Source of the DNA: Octopus sinensis
Taxonomy: Eukaryota
NCBI RefSeq assembly: GCF_006345805.1
Contig: NC_042998.1
Coordinates: 108,314,001-108,378,000, forward strand
Length of the DNA: 64,000 nt
Reading direction: 5' to 3'
Shown here: positions 63,130 through 64,000 of the stretch, in pieces
How the letters are laid out: each line of letters opens with the position of its first letter
Numbering within the stretch: the stretch's first letter is position 1
The notes under the pieces: generated by a model
Database searches by the model: none
What the model was told of the DNA's origin: nothing
Seen by the model: the letters and a program-made list of their open reading frames with translations, nothing else
Translations under genes and position numbers: made by a program

Positions 63130-63205
63130 GTATTATTTAAATTCTTCCTCTGAGGAAGGAGCTGGTTTCTAACAAGGATGCAAAACTCCATCATTAGATG
63201 TAGGT
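63130..63205 (-). mobile_element. 3' tip of a related Dong-like subfamily followed by (CATA)n
   Basis: Minus strand aatgatggagttttgcatccttgttagaaaccagctccttcc..aaataat resembles the family B end aatgaaggagccttggatctaggttagaaaccggctctt..gaaataa. (TATG)n at 62987-63132. Confidence 0.55.
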
Positions 63206-63767
63206 AACAAAAGCAATATCACATTCTAAACTTGAAAACAGTCTTGCATATTTTTACTGATCAACTTTGTATATGTAATGTGCGAGTTGGTTGATTTCTT
63301 TTTCCTGAAAACTCTAAATGTCACTTAGGCATTTATTTACAAAACGAAGTGGTATAAATGTGAATTTATAATCTGAATATAGAACCTGGAGGTTTCAAAT
63401 CAGTTGTCCATAATTATTCTCTTTCTCTTTCATATTCAAAGAGATATTCACATCAGCAGGACAGCTGACCTCTACGCCGGTACATACGTTTTCTTGTCTA
63501 TCCCAGACTACACTATCCGGTCTGTTGTGTTTACACTTGTCAGATATTTTCACGGGAATGTTCTACCAGTATTCCTTGTGTCAATGTCTTTGTGTTAATT
63601 AAATAACAGGGGGATTATTTATATTTGCTCGAAATGGCAATGTATGTTGTTTTTGTGACTTCATGTATGTATGTATGTGTGTATGTATGTATGCATGCAT
63701 GTATGGGTGTGTACGTATGTAGGTAGGTAGGTAAGTAGACAGGTAGGTATGCATATATGTATGTGTA

Positions 63768-63816
<49 letters not shown>

Positions 63817-64000
63817 TATATATATATTATATATATATATACTATAAGAATCTCCATGACTGTAAACAATTTTCTACAAAGGCAAAGAGAAAAACAATGA
63901 ATCGAAACGCGTATATAATTAATCCTGGTCGTGTTGATTCATTGTTTTTCTCTTTGCCTTCGTAAAAAAAGTATGTTTACCGTCATGAAGATTCTTATAG

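Overview
AT-rich, microsatellite-dense animal genomic DNA, very probably from an octopus or other coleoid cephalopod. That assignment is inferred from the tRNA-derived SINE families and the (TATG)n/(ATT)n/(TA)n load, not from a database search. I find no intact host protein-coding gene, rRNA, tRNA gene or CRISPR array; the window looks like a large intron or intergenic region. It is a mosaic of decayed mobile elements: R4/Dong-clade restriction-like-endonuclease (RLE) LINEs (at least 8 pieces, two families), RTE and CR1 LINE pieces, a Penelope-like element (PLE), two Helitron helicase fossils, two Tc1/mariner derivatives, several MITE/foldback elements and many SINEs. Most ORFs in the supplied track are microsatellite artefacts. 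The best leads are: (1) an inverted pair of ~260-bp units at 36.3-37.0 kb that together reconstruct a type I hammerhead ribozyme; (2) an R4/Dong-like LINE family whose copies sit strand-specifically in (CATA)n arrays and carry such an array in their own 3' UTR; (3) a ~545-bp non-coding retro-element tied to (ATT)n arrays; (4) SINE dimers with the same internal junction, each bracketed by one target-site duplication (TSD); (5) a Merlin-like MITE with a perfect 20-bp terminal inverted repeat (TIR) and 8-bp TSD; (6) a ~480-bp AT-rich palindrome. A few short + strand exon candidates may belong to an unidentified host gene. Element boundaries and identities were estimated by eye.
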